DNA of 64,000 nt from an uncultured Gammaproteobacteria bacterium (GTDB lineage Bacteria > Patescibacteriota > Microgenomatia > Levybacterales > UBA12049): NCBI GenBank assembly GCA_964416445.1, contig CAYQEE010000003.1, positions 65,946-129,945 of the forward strand, read 5' to 3'. Numbering within the stretch: position 1 is the stretch's first letter; the number at the start of each line of letters is the position of its first letter. Shown here piece by piece: positions 1-8,703 of the stretch. The notes beneath the pieces are model-generated. The model was not told the origin of the DNA and made no database searches. It worked only from the letters and a program-made list of their open reading frames with translations. The position numbers were made by a program, and so were the translations under genes.

Positions 1-2
1 CT

Positions 3-746
3 TTCGATAACGGTGCAGGGGTATTTCCAAAGGGATTTTTTATAGTTGATACATCGCCCGCTGATCCACCTTTTTGGTGGCCATTTCCAAATTTTTATAA
101 TATTGTTGGTTCCTATAACGCTGGCGCAACGGATCCAACTGGGATGACTGTTGCTACAGGTAATATTGCAATTATTGTAGGTAATGGTGGAACGCAACAA
201 TATCAAGTAATTAATATTTCGAATGAAGCAAATCCGGTCAATTGTGGGGGTTTAGCTATTAGCCAAGGGATTAGTGGTATTGCATCATTACTTGAAAAAG
301 ATGGAGACGCATTTTCCTATATAATTACAGGTGAGGCAAATAATCAATTTAAAATTATTCAAGGTGGTTTAGGAGGACAATTTGTAACGCTTGGTACTTT
401 CGAATCACAAACTTTTGATGCTACCTCGTCTGCTGCATTTAATAGGTTCAATGCAACAATTGCTGAACCTCCTCAAACTTCTCTTCAGTTCCAATTTGCC
501 GTAGCTCCCCCAATAAGTAACAGTTGTTCCGGAGCCAATTTCAATTATGTCGGTCCGAGTGGAAGCCCAAGTGCTTATTTCCTTCCAACCAGTACTACAT
601 CTGCCGCTTTTAATATTCCTTTTGGAAATTTCGGTACAAATTATACTAATCCAAATAGGTGTTTTCGGTATAAAGTATATTTCAATACCGGTGATTATAC
701 ACAAACACCAGTTTTATACGATGCGACGATAAACTATACGCCATGA
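3..746 (+). CDS. C-terminal part of a large secreted pilin-locus protein (LVIVD-like repeat; possible PilY1-like/minor pilin adhesin), truncated at the window start
   Basis: Frame is open from position 3 (FDNGAGVFPKGFF...) into the 144..746 ORF; 'YQVINISNEANP' repeat-like segment; stop overlaps the next pilin-like start (ATGA). Confidence 0.55.
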   Translation, partial: FDNGAGVFPKGFFIVDTSPADPPFWWPFPNFYNIVGSYNAGATDPTGMTVATGNIAIIVGNGGTQQYQVINISNEANPVNCGGLAISQGISGIASLLEKDGDAFSYIITGEANNQFKIIQGGLGGQFVTLGTFESQTFDATSSAAFNRFNATIAEPPQTSLQFQFAVAPPISNSCSGANFNYVGPSGSPSAYFLPTSTTSAAFNIPFGNFGTNYTNPNRCFRYKVYFNTGDYTQTPVLYDATINYTP

Positions 747-1240
747 AACAAGTTTTTTTACAAAAAGGTGAAACTCTTATTGAACTCTTATTATATATAG
801 GGTTTTTGTCAATGTTGCTTGTTGTATTCTTGCAAGTGTTTACTTCAGTTCTTGATGTGCAATCGGAGTCTCAATCAACTTCATCGGTTGAACAAGATGG
901 AAAATATTTAATTCAAAGATTAACCTATGATATTCAGCGATCTACTAGTATTCAGAATCCAGTCAGTGTAGGTGGATCAAGTTCCACACTTCAATTAAAT
1001 ATTGGTGGTAATATATTTACTTATACATTATTGAATAATAATTTAGTACTTACCAATAACCTTGATACTAACGCACAATTGAATAGTTATGACGCGAGTG
1101 TTAGTGCCCTATTATTTACTCGAATTGGTAATCCAGGAGGGAAAAATGTTATACAAGTACTGTTTACTCTCGCTGGAAAAACTCAAAGGATTTCTAGCAC
1201 AGAAGTTCGTAGTTTTCAAACGACAATAGGAACAAGATAA
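743..1240 (+). CDS. Minor type IV pilin-like protein (PilW/GspJ-like)
   Basis: Prepilin motif QKG|ETLIELLLYIGFL with E5 and a hydrophobic helix. Confidence 0.75.
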   Translation: MKQVFLQKGETLIELLLYIGFLSMLLVVFLQVFTSVLDVQSESQSTSSVEQDGKYLIQRLTYDIQRSTSIQNPVSVGGSSSTLQLNIGGNIFTYTLLNNNLVLTNNLDTNAQLNSYDASVSALLFTRIGNPGGKNVIQVLFTLAGKTQRISSTEVRSFQTTIGTR

Positions 1241-1241
1241 T

Positions 1242-1622
1242 ATGAAAAAGAATATACAATGTGGTCAAGCACTCGTTACCTTACTTTTTTTTATAATCAT
1301 TGGAATTACCATAACGACCGCGGCAGTTATTGTTATTCTAACAAGTTCAGATACTGCAAGCAGATTTGAATTAGGTACAACGGCATATTATGTAGCAGAA
1401 AGTGGTGCGGAGAATGCACTCTTGCAACTAGAAAGAAATCCTTCGTATACTGGTGAAACCATTTCAGTTGGACAAGGGACTGCTATAATTACGGTAACTA
1501 ATGGTAGTCCAATTACGATAGTTTCAGTTGGACAATTAGGAAATTATATTCGCAAAATTCAAGTCCAAGCGGTATATAATAATAATAAACTTTCAGTCTC
1601 AACATGGAAGGAAATTAATTAA
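1242..1622 (+). CDS. Minor pilin, PilX/GspK-like
   Basis: G|QALVTLLFF N-terminus without E5, plus 'AYYVAESGAENAL' PilX-type motif. Confidence 0.7.
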   Translation: MKKNIQCGQALVTLLFFIIIGITITTAAVIVILTSSDTASRFELGTTAYYVAESGAENALLQLERNPSYTGETISVGQGTAIITVTNGSPITIVSVGQLGNYIRKIQVQAVYNNNKLSVSTWKEIN

Positions 1623-2452
1623 TGGCAAAACAACTTGCACTTTATATTGACGCAAATAGAGGTATTTTTTTTGGAGATGATTTGCAAGAAGCAAAAGAAA
1701 TAGCATTTCCTGATGATATTGTGAGAGATTTGGACTTGGTAAATAAAGAGAAACTTGATGCTTATTTACAAGCTATTTTGCAAACATATCAAATTATTCC
1801 GAGTCAACTCACCATTATTCTTGCAGATGCCATTACATTTGATAAAGATGTTACTGAACTTCCTCCTGAAAGACGAGATGAGGAAATAAAAAAATATTTA
1901 GATATTGTTCCGTTTCAAGATATTTGTTCACGTGTCTATACGATTGAAAAAAAGGCACATTTAGTTGCTGCAAATAATAGTTTGATTGAAAAGATTCGTT
2001 TATTTTTTCAAAAGCAACAATTTATTGTTACTGCAGTAGTTCCCTACTCTATTTTGCAAGAAGTATTTCCAGCATTACAAACTGATGTTGATTTAAGTTT
2101 TATCTTAAGTAAAATTGATTCATTCAAACAGTATTCAATCATTACAGAACAAAGTATTGTTCATCCAACATCCGCTAATGGGCAAGTTACTCATAAGGGT
2201 AATAAAAGATTATTTTTGCTCGTCGGAGTGTTTGGTATTCTTATTGCCATCTTAATCGTCGTCATTTTCTTGAATCTTTCACCCCAGCAATCCCAAACTC
2301 CTGCTCACAAAAGTTCATCATTTAATATTCGAAATAAATCCAGTGTAACGAAGACGTCAATAACATCGACTCCACAACAAGCTGTTGCTGGTGCTAGTAC
2401 AAGCAGAAGAATTGTTCCTACATTATATTTTATAAACGTTGGAGCCAAGTAA
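1622..2452 (+). CDS. Pilus-locus membrane protein (possibly degenerate PilM/PilN-like)
   Basis: Translationally coupled (TAATG) to the PilX-like gene; soluble N-terminal domain, one TM helix (LFLLVGVFGILIAILIVVIFL), Ser/Thr-rich tail. Confidence 0.4.
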   Translation: MAKQLALYIDANRGIFFGDDLQEAKEIAFPDDIVRDLDLVNKEKLDAYLQAILQTYQIIPSQLTIILADAITFDKDVTELPPERRDEEIKKYLDIVPFQDICSRVYTIEKKAHLVAANNSLIEKIRLFFQKQQFIVTAVVPYSILQEVFPALQTDVDLSFILSKIDSFKQYSIITEQSIVHPTSANGQVTHKGNKRLFLLVGVFGILIAILIVVIFLNLSPQQSQTPAHKSSSFNIRNKSSVTKTSITSTPQQAVAGASTSRRIVPTLYFINVGAK

Positions 2453-2465
2453 GCAAAATTGCCTA

Positions 2466-2495
2466 TTGACAACATGTTTTTTTAAATGCTAATGT
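2466..2495 (+). promoter_or_regulatory. Sigma70-type promoter for the major pilins
   Basis: TTGACA at 2466-2471, 18-nt spacer, TG-c-TAATGT at 2487-2495, followed by an A-rich leader. Confidence 0.6.
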
Positions 2496-2587
2496 TAATA
2501 CAGAGGCAGGAACAAAGAGCTAAAAAGTTTACAAGAAATATATAAAGAATAAATAAATAACTAGACAAACAATAAAGAATTAAAAAT

Positions 2588-3082
2588 ATGTTAACTGCCC
2601 AACTTAATACAAAAACGAATCAACAAGGATTTACCCTTATCGAGCTTTTAGTAGTCATTGGAATATTAGCAGTCCTCTTGGCAATTACCTTAGTAGCAAT
2701 CAATCCGGCAAAACAGTTTCAGTCAGCAAATAATACAAAACGTCAAAGTGATGTGAACTCAATTCTTAATGCACTTAATCAATACCAAGCAGATAATCAC
2801 GGTGGATTACCATCAGGATTGACATCGGGAGCATGTGGAACAACTCCATGCGAAATTACTGGTGTTACAGGATCTGGGAATGTTGATGTCTGTCCTTCAT
2901 TAGTGACGAAATATTTAGCAGCTTTACCAGTTGATCCCTTAGTAAATAATGGAGCGGCAGTTTCCACATGTAATACAACTTACGACGCTGGTTACAAAGT
3001 TTCAGTAAGTGCTCAAGATAATAGAATAACTGTAAATGCGCCAAACGCTGAAGGCGGAGCTACAATTTCAGTAACTAGATAA
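2588..3082 (+). CDS. Type IV major pilin (copy 1)
   Basis: QG|FTLIELLVVIGILAVLLAI class III signal; four Cys; 'LPVDP' motif. Confidence 0.9.
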   Translation: MLTAQLNTKTNQQGFTLIELLVVIGILAVLLAITLVAINPAKQFQSANNTKRQSDVNSILNALNQYQADNHGGLPSGLTSGACGTTPCEITGVTGSGNVDVCPSLVTKYLAALPVDPLVNNGAAVSTCNTTYDAGYKVSVSAQDNRITVNAPNAEGGATISVTR

Positions 3083-3576
3083 TGAAACATAAATATACAT
3101 TTTCAAAATCCCAAGAAGCTTTCACCTTAATAGAGCTTTTAGTAGTCATTGGAATATTAGCAGTTCTTTTAGCAATTACTCTTGTAGCTATTAATCCAGC
3201 TAAACAATTTTCAGCTGCTAATAATACGAAGAGACAAAGTGATGTAAACTCAATCCTTAATGCTTTAAATCAGTATCAAGCGGATAATCATGGTGGTTTA
3301 CCAACAAATTTAAGCGCGGCTAATTGTCCGGCAGCTACTCCATGTGGAATCAAAGGTGGAGGAGCGTCAGGAACAATTGATGTATGTCCATCTCTGGTGA
3401 CAAAATATTTGGCTGCTTTACCTGTAGATCCGTTAGTAAACAATGGTGCTGCTGTTTCTACATGTAATTCTACTTATGACACGGGGTATCAAGTTTCAGT
3501 TAGTACATCAGACGCAAGAATAACATTATATGCTCCAAGAGCGGAAAGTGGAGCTACGATTTCTGTAACAAGATAA
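3082..3576 (+). CDS. Type IV major pilin (copy 2, tandem paralog)
   Basis: EA|FTLIELLVVIGILAVLLAI; long stretches identical to copy 1; TAATG coupling. Confidence 0.9.
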   Translation: MKHKYTFSKSQEAFTLIELLVVIGILAVLLAITLVAINPAKQFSAANNTKRQSDVNSILNALNQYQADNHGGLPTNLSAANCPAATPCGIKGGGASGTIDVCPSLVTKYLAALPVDPLVNNGAAVSTCNSTYDTGYQVSVSTSDARITLYAPRAESGATISVTR

Positions 3577-3580
3577 TCTT

Positions 3581-3865
3581 ATGATTCACCCTGGTCACGA
3601 AAAAAATATCAAAGCAATAATTTCTTTTCTTATTGTATTAATTGCTTTAGGGATTTTGCTTATTTTTGTAAGTAATAAAGACACAATTGTTGCGAATGGT
3701 CAATTTGGTTATTTTATAACGTTGGCTGTTTTTGGCTCTATTTTATTAATTAGCTTATTATATTTAGTTTCGAACTCTCAGGTTAAGAAAGAGGTCGTAT
3801 ATAAAACTAAAGTAGCTAAAAAGGTCGCAAGTAAATCAAAAAAGAAGAAATCAAAAAGAAGATAA
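3581..3865 (+). CDS. Small two-TM membrane protein with a Lys/Arg-rich tail
   Basis: Two hydrophobic segments; C-terminal KKVASKSKKKKSKRR. Confidence 0.6.
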   Translation: MIHPGHEKNIKAIISFLIVLIALGILLIFVSNKDTIVANGQFGYFITLAVFGSILLISLLYLVSNSQVKKEVVYKTKVAKKVASKSKKKKSKRR

Positions 3866-3870
3866 CCCCG

Positions 3871-4248
3871 TTATTTAATAAATTTCTCTATTCTTTCTAG
3901 GAATTGGTCAGGTGTTAATTGTGATTTTATAATATAATCTTTGCCATGTTTTAATGCTTGTTTGTTTTGATCGTCCGTGTACATGTTTGTTAAAAATATG
4001 ACCGGAGTTTCTTCAGTTATCATTTGTGCATCTCGTGCTTTTGTAATCACTTCAAATCCGTTCATTTGAGGTAATACAATATCGCATAAAATTAAATTCC
4101 ACTTTTGCTTTTTAATTTTTTCGAACGCTTTTGTTCCATCATTTGCTGTATCCACTCGATACCCTTTCTCTCTTAAAATATCAGTATAAAGTTGTAAAAG
4201 CATTTCATCGTCCTCTATAAGCAGAATTTTGACATCGCGAGGTTCCAT
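3871..4248 (-). CDS. Single-domain response regulator (receiver)
   Basis: LLIEDD, LCDIVLP (phospho-Asp), FLTN, YIIKS. Start moved to ATG 4248 because the ORF-track TTG at 4290 is the TTGACA -35 box (TAGTGT -10 lies 17 nt downstream). Confidence 0.9.
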   Translation of the reverse strand: MEPRDVKILLIEDDEMLLQLYTDILREKGYRVDTANDGTKAFEKIKKQKWNLILCDIVLPQMNGFEVITKARDAQMITEETPVIFLTNMYTDDQNKQALKHGKDYIIKSQLTPDQFLERIEKFIK

Positions 4249-4309
4249 AGTTTGTATAAATACACTAGCATGTGAAACTAAGAGTGTCAATAAAGGTTCC
4301 AGTCGTTTA

Positions 4310-4339
4310 TTGAGAGTGAAGATAACTCTATGGTATACT
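4310..4339 (+). promoter_or_regulatory. Promoter for tRNA-His
   Basis: TTGAGA at 4310-4315, 18 nt, TG-g-TATACT at 4331-4339, about 10 nt before the tRNA. Confidence 0.65.
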
Positions 4340-4349
4340 TTACGTACGT

Positions 4350-4424
4350 GGTGGCATTAGCTCAATTGGTTAGAGCATCAGCTTGTGGAGCTGAGTGTTG
4401 CCGGTTCAAGTCCGGTATGCCACC
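4350..4424 (+). tRNA. tRNA-His (GTG)
   Basis: Acceptor stem GTGGCAT/ATGCCAC with encoded G-1 (4350) and C discriminator; anticodon arm TCAGC-TTGTGGA-GCTGA; T arm GCCGG-TTCAAGT-CCGGT; full CCA not encoded. Confidence 0.95.
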
Positions 4425-4530
4425 CAATCCGGTCTATTAGCAAAATCTAAGAATGTATCAAATGGTTTTATGATCTCATACCGGAGTAAAAGTCCATCAG
4501 CTTTAAGAAGATATCAATATGAAGTAACTG
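4424..4530 (-). pseudogene. Possible remnant of a site-specific (serine) recombinase C-terminus running into the tRNA 3' end
   Basis: Minus strand reads ...*YLLKADGLLLRYEIIKPFDTFLDFANRPDW into the tRNA; resembles from memory the 'DG...Y..KPFD......W' tails of tRNA-targeting recombinases; upstream stop present. Confidence 0.35.
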
Positions 4531-4682
4531 CTCTATTTAAAGGAGGAGTAAAATTCTGGCTCTCAGGAGTAAAGCCACTTATTAATCTTACCTCAATGTA
4601 TTTTCATGCTAGAGACATTCTTAGATAGTACAATTTCTTTAATGTTTTCTACCAGCATATATATCATGCTAAAATTGAGAAG

Positions 4683-5333
4683 ATGAAACAGAAAAGAATT
4701 TATACAGGGTATATTATCGTGTGCTTGCTTTCTCTTGTCACTAGCGGGAAAGCATATTATTATTTGCAAAATAAAATTATGAAACCTTCTATATCTCAAA
4801 TGGGGCAAGGAATAGAACAAAGAACAACTAGAACGCCAATTCCCACTGGAGTGGGAAACGTCCGAGACTCCAAAACTTGGTCAGTGTATACCTATCAAAA
4901 TTACTTCCGCATTGCCTATCCACCATCTTGGCATGTTGTACCAGATGCAGAAGGAAATGGTGTAAGCTTTATGACAAGCGATTTTCATCAAGATGACGAT
5001 TTCTCTATGCCCTATGACAATAGTTATGATGTTTCATATAGTATTTTTGGGAAGCATGCTATAGAAGACATGCAGCTTAAAACTGGTGACCAGTTCCCCA
5101 GCGACACAACATCAGAAACAATGGTAGTTACGAATCTTGTACATCTCTTCATTGATGGATATCCAGCTATTTCATTTGATTACTATCCAACTGATAACGT
5201 CAACTTCATTCACACAAGATACATCATTCTCAAGGATAATACGCTCTATAGGTTTGATGCAACCTATCCACAAGATGCAAATAAACATCTATTTTCAGAC
5301 ATGATAGCTTCATTACAGTTTATTCAAAAATAA
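4683..5333 (+). CDS. Membrane-anchored PsbP-like-domain protein
   Basis: N-terminal TM helix, TPIPT linker, 'WSVYT...FRIAYPPSW', 'IDGYPA', C-terminal 'FSDMIASLQF'. Confidence 0.6.
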   Translation: MKQKRIYTGYIIVCLLSLVTSGKAYYYLQNKIMKPSISQMGQGIEQRTTRTPIPTGVGNVRDSKTWSVYTYQNYFRIAYPPSWHVVPDAEGNGVSFMTSDFHQDDDFSMPYDNSYDVSYSIFGKHAIEDMQLKTGDQFPSDTTSETMVVTNLVHLFIDGYPAISFDYYPTDNVNFIHTRYIILKDNTLYRFDATYPQDANKHLFSDMIASLQFIQK

Positions 5334-5350
5334 AGTAGTCTGAGCAGTGT

Positions 5351-8062
5351 TTAATGAATCGCGATTGGATAGCTGGTAAGTGTTGTTGTTCTTCCAAATA
5401 GTTTATCTTGTGGAAGTCCATAGAGTTGATTAAAAATTGACGACCAGACATCACGTTCGTCAATCTGTACATTTGTCCAATTATGCTGGTCCGTACTTGG
5501 CGTAATCGTTCCTATCATTTCTGGAAAATGCACTGCGTTACTTAAAATAACCATACCACCACCTTGTCCATGATCAGTGCCATTACTGCCGTTGATTTTA
5601 TCAGTTCTTCCAAATTCGGAGAAGAAAACAAGTGTCAATTTTGTTTTTGTCTTTTCATCGTTATAGAAGTTGGTAAAAGTAGTAAGTAAATCCTGCAGTT
5701 CTTTATTGAGAAGTAGATCTTCATGTGCATGATGGTCATAGCTATTATCTGCAGAAAGGTAGTAAGTATTGCCGATATTATCGGCAATCAGTTTTTCTAA
5801 GAATGGTGCCTGGGTTGCATTTGTTCCGCCTGGTGTGCCTTTTCCAGCTTGGGCAATATCCTCAGCTGCTAATTTGTCAAGTAAAAGTGCTTGAGTATAG
5901 TAGATTGCAATGGGCTGTGGGAATAATCTATCAGTAAAGATTTGTTTTAAGTCTTTTTCACGAACCGTTACACTGTTTGTATTTACATTCTTCCGTTTGC
6001 CTAACTGGTAGAGTGTAAGACTTGATGAGCCAATTTGCAGGCTTTGGCTGCCTTTCGTCATTACAGGCGGTGTATTAGTGAAGGTAATTAAATTCGTACC
6101 CGGTTCCGCTTGTGCAAGTTTCCCTAAAATGCCGTCCTGATTTTGACTTAGTCCTGTTTCCATTTGAATACCTGCAATATCATGTGCGCGTGAGTGATTA
6201 GGAAGCCCAACAGATGATACAAGAAATGCTTCTTTTGATAGTAGTAATGGAAGAAGACTGCTTGCTGCATTATTAAGCATATAGCCGTTACCAAGCGATG
6301 TAGCATCTGAAGAATTCAAAGCCATTTGTTTTCTATTTGCACCATAGCTTGGGTCATTCGTATTTGCCCAGATGTCTTGAAAATCCCATCCGCCTCGTAC
6401 CCTGACGATAATAAGCTTAGACTGTGCCCCACCAGTCACTTGCGTAAGCGGAGTCAGATTAACTGCTTGTAAGTTACCACTTTGTGCTAAGAATTCTGGT
6501 TGGACGAGCATAAAACTAAGAAGTCCAGGTAGTTTAGTTTGTACATACTTAGGATTTGTTATTTCAAATGGAATTTTTTTACCAGAATCATCAGTTATTA
6601 AATAGGTCAGTAGGGAGGTTTGTACTGGTTGCGGAAGCGTTTTTCCAAGATATAATTCTTGTGAAAGTGTATTAATTAGGTCATTTGGACTATGAATACT
6701 ATTTGTGTTGGGAATGAGTGTACTCAAGAAAGTAGAGATATTCCGAGGTGGTATCGTATGCAGCAATTTATCAGTATCGGCAATCCATCTATTCACAATT
6801 GTACCTGAGTAAAACAGGATATTACTGTTGAACCCATCACGTCCAAAAATACTTCCTGGATTATATGGCTTAAAATCTAAATCAGTTAGCTCAGGTGCGT
6901 TAGGAATAACAGCATAGTCGTTTTGCCCATAGAGAAGCGTATAAAATGAACTTACTAAATCCATTGGTGTTTTATATCTATCATTAGACATATATGTTGG
7001 ACGATACATCATATCTGAAGCTAATAACCACTTGAGAGACGGAAGAATTTCAAAATTGTTTTGGATAATAACATTAGCAAAGATAGTAATATCTTGGTCT
7101 GATGGATTGTCTGTAACATAATAATGAAGTAGTTTACTTGCTAAAAATTCTCCTGCCTGAGTTTTCTTTTGCGAAATAATAAAATCAATTGCTCCTTGCG
7201 GGTCATTATATTGCTGTCCTAAAAAGGTTTTGAGATCTGTATAGTGCCTATTTTGATTGAAATACACAGTATGATTGCCTTTATCTGCAGTAAAGCCTGT
7301 TAGAATATACGCGAGGCTGTTGACATCTTGGTCTGAATAATTGAGCGTCGTTCTATTGTGGTCTAGCGGTGTATACTGGCCAATTAAGAAAAGTTGCATC
7401 AGCTCCCTACCAAAGTTTTCGTTAGGGTTTTTTGCAGTCGAGGCAGTTAAATCTAGATACTGTGCCATTGCATAGTTATTTTCCACGTTTTTTACCAACT
7501 GAATGTAGTTACCAAAGGCATTATCATAAAGGATTTGATGTAAAGCCTTTCCGTCAGCAAGTGTTATCATTTTCCCTTTATCTGGCGCATCAACGGAAAA
7601 TATGTTTTCCCAAAGATAATACAGTTTTCTCTTTACTCTGTCCGGGTCATGGACAAGTTGATAGGCATAAACGGTATCTTCATACATAGTTTCATTTTTG
7701 TAATTTGAGCGGTTATTTGTGAGATTTTGTAAACCTTGTTGATATTGTTGCTCCTCAGATTGAGAGACAGGTGCAAATAGCATATTAACTGCATCCTGCG
7801 GGGAGGAAGCAGCGCCAAGTTTTTTTACATCGTCCATGGTTGGGTTAAGATAAACCCGTCTTGCTAAATATGTGGCTTTTTTATTATTCCATTCAGTATT
7901 TGCTAAAAAAGGAAGACTCGTATGGCTACTCAACAGCCATACTCCTATTGCTATGAGAATAATAATGAGAGGTAAAAGAAATTTAGTCAGCAATCTTTTT
8001 GCTCGTTGTGATATCTCTAGTTGTGATACTTCCTGTGCATTTGGTTGCTGAATAGTATCCAT
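5351..8062 (-). CDS. Fused DUF1800 + DUF1501 protein with N-terminal membrane anchor
   Basis: DUF1800 motifs MAQYLD, NENFGRELMQLFLIG, YSDQDV..LTGF, RYKTP; DUF1501 motifs VRGGWD, SRAH, YDHH, FSEFGRT...NGSNGTDHGQGG. Confidence 0.8.
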   Translation of the reverse strand: MDTIQQPNAQEVSQLEISQRAKRLLTKFLLPLIIILIAIGVWLLSSHTSLPFLANTEWNNKKATYLARRVYLNPTMDDVKKLGAASSPQDAVNMLFAPVSQSEEQQYQQGLQNLTNNRSNYKNETMYEDTVYAYQLVHDPDRVKRKLYYLWENIFSVDAPDKGKMITLADGKALHQILYDNAFGNYIQLVKNVENNYAMAQYLDLTASTAKNPNENFGRELMQLFLIGQYTPLDHNRTTLNYSDQDVNSLAYILTGFTADKGNHTVYFNQNRHYTDLKTFLGQQYNDPQGAIDFIISQKKTQAGEFLASKLLHYYVTDNPSDQDITIFANVIIQNNFEILPSLKWLLASDMMYRPTYMSNDRYKTPMDLVSSFYTLLYGQNDYAVIPNAPELTDLDFKPYNPGSIFGRDGFNSNILFYSGTIVNRWIADTDKLLHTIPPRNISTFLSTLIPNTNSIHSPNDLINTLSQELYLGKTLPQPVQTSLLTYLITDDSGKKIPFEITNPKYVQTKLPGLLSFMLVQPEFLAQSGNLQAVNLTPLTQVTGGAQSKLIIVRVRGGWDFQDIWANTNDPSYGANRKQMALNSSDATSLGNGYMLNNAASSLLPLLLSKEAFLVSSVGLPNHSRAHDIAGIQMETGLSQNQDGILGKLAQAEPGTNLITFTNTPPVMTKGSQSLQIGSSSLTLYQLGKRKNVNTNSVTVREKDLKQIFTDRLFPQPIAIYYTQALLLDKLAAEDIAQAGKGTPGGTNATQAPFLEKLIADNIGNTYYLSADNSYDHHAHEDLLLNKELQDLLTTFTNFYNDEKTKTKLTLVFFSEFGRTDKINGSNGTDHGQGGGMVILSNAVHFPEMIGTITPSTDQHNWTNVQIDERDVWSSIFNQLYGLPQDKLFGRTTTLTSYPIAIH

Positions 8063-8090
8063 AAATTACTTTTAGTGTAGCAACATGAAC

Positions 8091-8108
8091 AGGATATGAA
8101 CATATCCT
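8091..8108 (-). terminator. Inverted repeat at the cupredoxin stop (possible terminator)
   Basis: AGGATATG-aa-CATATCCT (8091-8108); a separate TG-c-TACACT -10 box lies between it and the DUF1800-1501 start. Confidence 0.35.
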
Positions 8109-8578
8109 CAATCAACGATAATTGTTCCTGTTTGTGTTGCATCAAAATGATTATGATAGCCATATCTGCCTGTCTTAGGAAATCGTAAGCTCAAAGAATC
8201 TCCATCATTAAATTCACCGAGGTTAAGCGGAGGATATGCAGTATGAGTGGGATGTGGGTCAGAATTTACTGTTGCTTGTTGTCCACTATTATTAACCCAT
8301 GTGACTGTCTGACCACGGTGGATAGTTAATACCTGTGGAACAAAACCAGTTACATTTAACGTAATTGTTGTTGCTGGGTTTGGGGTTACATTCTCAGGTC
8401 TATTGCTTTGGTTTCCATAGATACTTGTTGGAGTTGGAGCAGAGGTAGAAGTTGGGTTTATTCTTTGAGGAAGTAAGCCTGAACCTGTCGAGGTTCTGTT
8501 ACTGTGATTATAGAGCAGAATAATAATGCAGACTATTATGAGACAGACAATTGCACTAAACAATAATTTCTTATGCAT
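8108..8578 (-). CDS. Membrane-anchored cupredoxin/plastocyanin-fold protein
   Basis: GFVPQVLTIHRGQTVTWVN, SDPHPTH, FPKTGRYGYHNH, GTIIV; TM anchor and PTPT linker. Confidence 0.85.
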   Translation of the reverse strand: MHKKLLFSAIVCLIIVCIIILLYNHSNRTSTGSGLLPQRINPTSTSAPTPTSIYGNQSNRPENVTPNPATTITLNVTGFVPQVLTIHRGQTVTWVNNSGQQATVNSDPHPTHTAYPPLNLGEFNDGDSLSLRFPKTGRYGYHNHFDATQTGTIIVD

Positions 8579-8703
8579 AATTTTATACTATCATACTGAT
8601 GAGTAGTTTACGAAGTAAATTGACCCGATATTGAGGTAATAAAGTAAGGAATTTAATTACTCAGGTTCTTTTCATATTATATTCTATAATTTCTGCCAGT
8701 ATG

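Noticed and set aside
4395-4628. 77-aa plus-strand ORF
   Set aside because: Starts inside tRNA-His and has no protein-like motif; the opposite strand explains the sequence better
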